NCBI GenBank assembly: GCA_015711895.1
Contig: JACVJH010000189.1
Location: 1 to 33,976, forward strand
Origin: Candidatus Solincola tengchongensis
Lineage (GTDB): Bacteria; Actinomycetota; Geothermincolia; Geothermincolales; RBG-13-55-18
Length of the DNA stretch: 33,976 nucleotides
Reading direction: 5' to 3'
Part shown: in pieces, positions 33,009-33,976 of the stretch
How positions within the stretch are numbered: the first letter of the stretch is position 1
How the letters are laid out: each line of letters starts with the position of its first letter
The notes under the pieces: generated by a model
Seen by the model: the letters and a program-made list of their open reading frames with translations, nothing else
What the model was told of the DNA's origin: nothing
Databases searched by the model: none
Position numbers and translations under genes: made by a program

Positions 33009-33599
33009 TCACTCCTTGTTCATCCCCTCCCTGCCGCCTTTCCCGGCATCGGCATCGCCGGTCTTCGCGGCCCGGCCCCGGGACAGGCTCTCCGTGGTTC
33101 CCTCTATGCGGGCGGCTTTTCCGCCGTGCGCACGGCCCCGGGTTGCCGGAGAGCTCCTCCTCCCGGACGGGGTGGTTTTCCCGTGTGGGCTCAGTAGGGC
33201 GCCCGCTTTGTCCAGGTCCGTCCCGCGGAGGTAGCTCTCGAAACGGCTGTCCACGGAGCCGATGAGCCCCTCCAGGACGCAGGACTTTCCCAGGCAGGAC
33301 TCGCGGCCCAGGAAGCAGGTGGTGGGGGAAAAGGGGCCCTCAAGGCACTCGTAGATGTCCATGAGGCTTATCTCCCTGCCCTCGCGGCCCAGCCTGAATC
33401 CGCCACCCGGGCCCCGGTACGATCTCAACAGTCCGGAGCGGGCTAGCCGCTGCATGACCTTGGCCAGGTGGGCTTCCGATACCCCAAGGTACAGCGCTAT
33501 CTCACGGGTGGAGGCCTTGCCTCCGTCACGGCCTGCCAGATAGCATGCGGCATGCAGGCCCAGCATGAAGGCCTCCGAGAATCTCAACGTCCCGGTCAT
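33009..33599 (-). CDS. Rrf2 family transcriptional regulator (three-Cys cluster) with a long basic C-terminal tail
   Basis: wHTH STREIALYLGVSEAHLAKVMQRLARSGLLRSYRGPGGGFRL. Cys triad CFLGRESCLGKSC. About 50 extra G/R/K/S-rich residues at the C-terminus. SD AGAGGTGA. Confidence 0.88.
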   Translation of the reverse strand: MTGTLRFSEAFMLGLHAACYLAGRDGGKASTREIALYLGVSEAHLAKVMQRLARSGLLRSYRGPGGGFRLGREGREISLMDIYECLEGPFSPTTCFLGRESCLGKSCVLEGLIGSVDSRFESYLRGTDLDKAGALLSPHGKTTPSGRRSSPATRGRAHGGKAARIEGTTESLSRGRAAKTGDADAGKGGREGMNKE

Positions 33600-33624
33600 G
33601 GCATCACCTCTAATGGCTCCCGCA

Positions 33625-33676
33625 AAATTTTTAAGTATTTTGGTACCAAAATACTTTAAAATTTATTCGCCGTCAA
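33625..33676 (-). promoter_or_regulatory. rrf2 promoter (TTGACG-17-TATTTT) overlapping a long AT-rich palindromic operator
   Basis: Perfect 24-bp palindrome AAGTATTTTGGTACCAAAATACTT at 33633-33656, extending to 40 bp (33625-33664) with one mismatch. -10 at 33648-33653 and -35 at 33671-33676 (minus-strand sense). Confidence 0.65.
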
Positions 33677-33976
33677 CCACTTTTCAACTCCGTTCCTCCC
33701 TGGTTTGTGGTGGCCCACAAATGCGTCCTTCCCTGCTCTCGAACCCCTGCCCGGGAAATCCGCCTCTACCTCGCTCCGCCTCCTCGTCCCGGATTCCTGA
33801 CCGGAACATGCCGTGTGCCGCTCCGTTTCCCCCGCTCCGTGAGGGGCACGCAAGCGGCCCTCCGGTGTCGCAGGAGCCGGTGCCCATGAGCCGCCTACTT
33901 TCCGGCAGATATTGCATGGGTCTCTGAACCGTCATTCGGCCGTGAGCCGCTCTTGCGCTCTCCATAAACGATCCCT

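Noticed and set aside
1-33976. Scan for CRISPR arrays, tRNA T-loops (GGTTCGAATCC-like), rRNA, IS ends or transposases, and toxin-antitoxin or known defence genes
   Set aside because: None was found by eye. The repeats present are only 2-copy and short.

Overview
GC-rich bacterial chromosomal segment made up mostly of housekeeping genes. I found no rRNA, tRNA, CRISPR array, transposase or recognisable defence system. Gene order, left to right: the 5' part of a Ski2/HelY-type helicase (-); a GNAT acetyltransferase; a FixX-like ferredoxin plus a FixC-like flavoprotein; a ~160-bp decayed copy of part of the GNAT gene; a Cys-rich 4Fe-4S protein (-); a PaaK-family CoA ligase plus an ACT protein; a membrane HD-GYP protein with substituted metal ligands (-); DUF488 (-); NUDIX (-); two paralogous lipoproteins; glyQ-glyS; ppdK; an Isf-like flavoprotein; dgt-dnaG-rpoD; and a beta-propeller lipoprotein (-). 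Next comes a ~4.3-kb stretch of unusually low coding density (24.5-28.75 kb). It holds an FAD oxidoreductase (-), a 4-TM Cys-rich protein and a zinc-ribbon RDD protein, separated by ORF-free spacers of 790, 647 and 484 nt. The window ends with an AhpF/TrxB-like flavoprotein (-), ftsH (-) and an Rrf2 regulator-ferredoxin operon (-) that has an AT-rich palindromic operator. Most long ORFs in the track that overlap these genes on the opposite strand are GC-driven shadow ORFs. The most unusual material is non-coding. One item is a strand-asymmetric 0.8-kb spacer that may be a large structured RNA or a fully decayed gene. Another is a hand-folded three-way-junction element whose closing helix competes with an orphan terminator. 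There are also gene relics, -10 boxes placed 6 nt from start codons (possible leaderless mRNAs) and several phased direct repeats. All RNA and regulatory calls are hand-derived hypotheses, not database matches.
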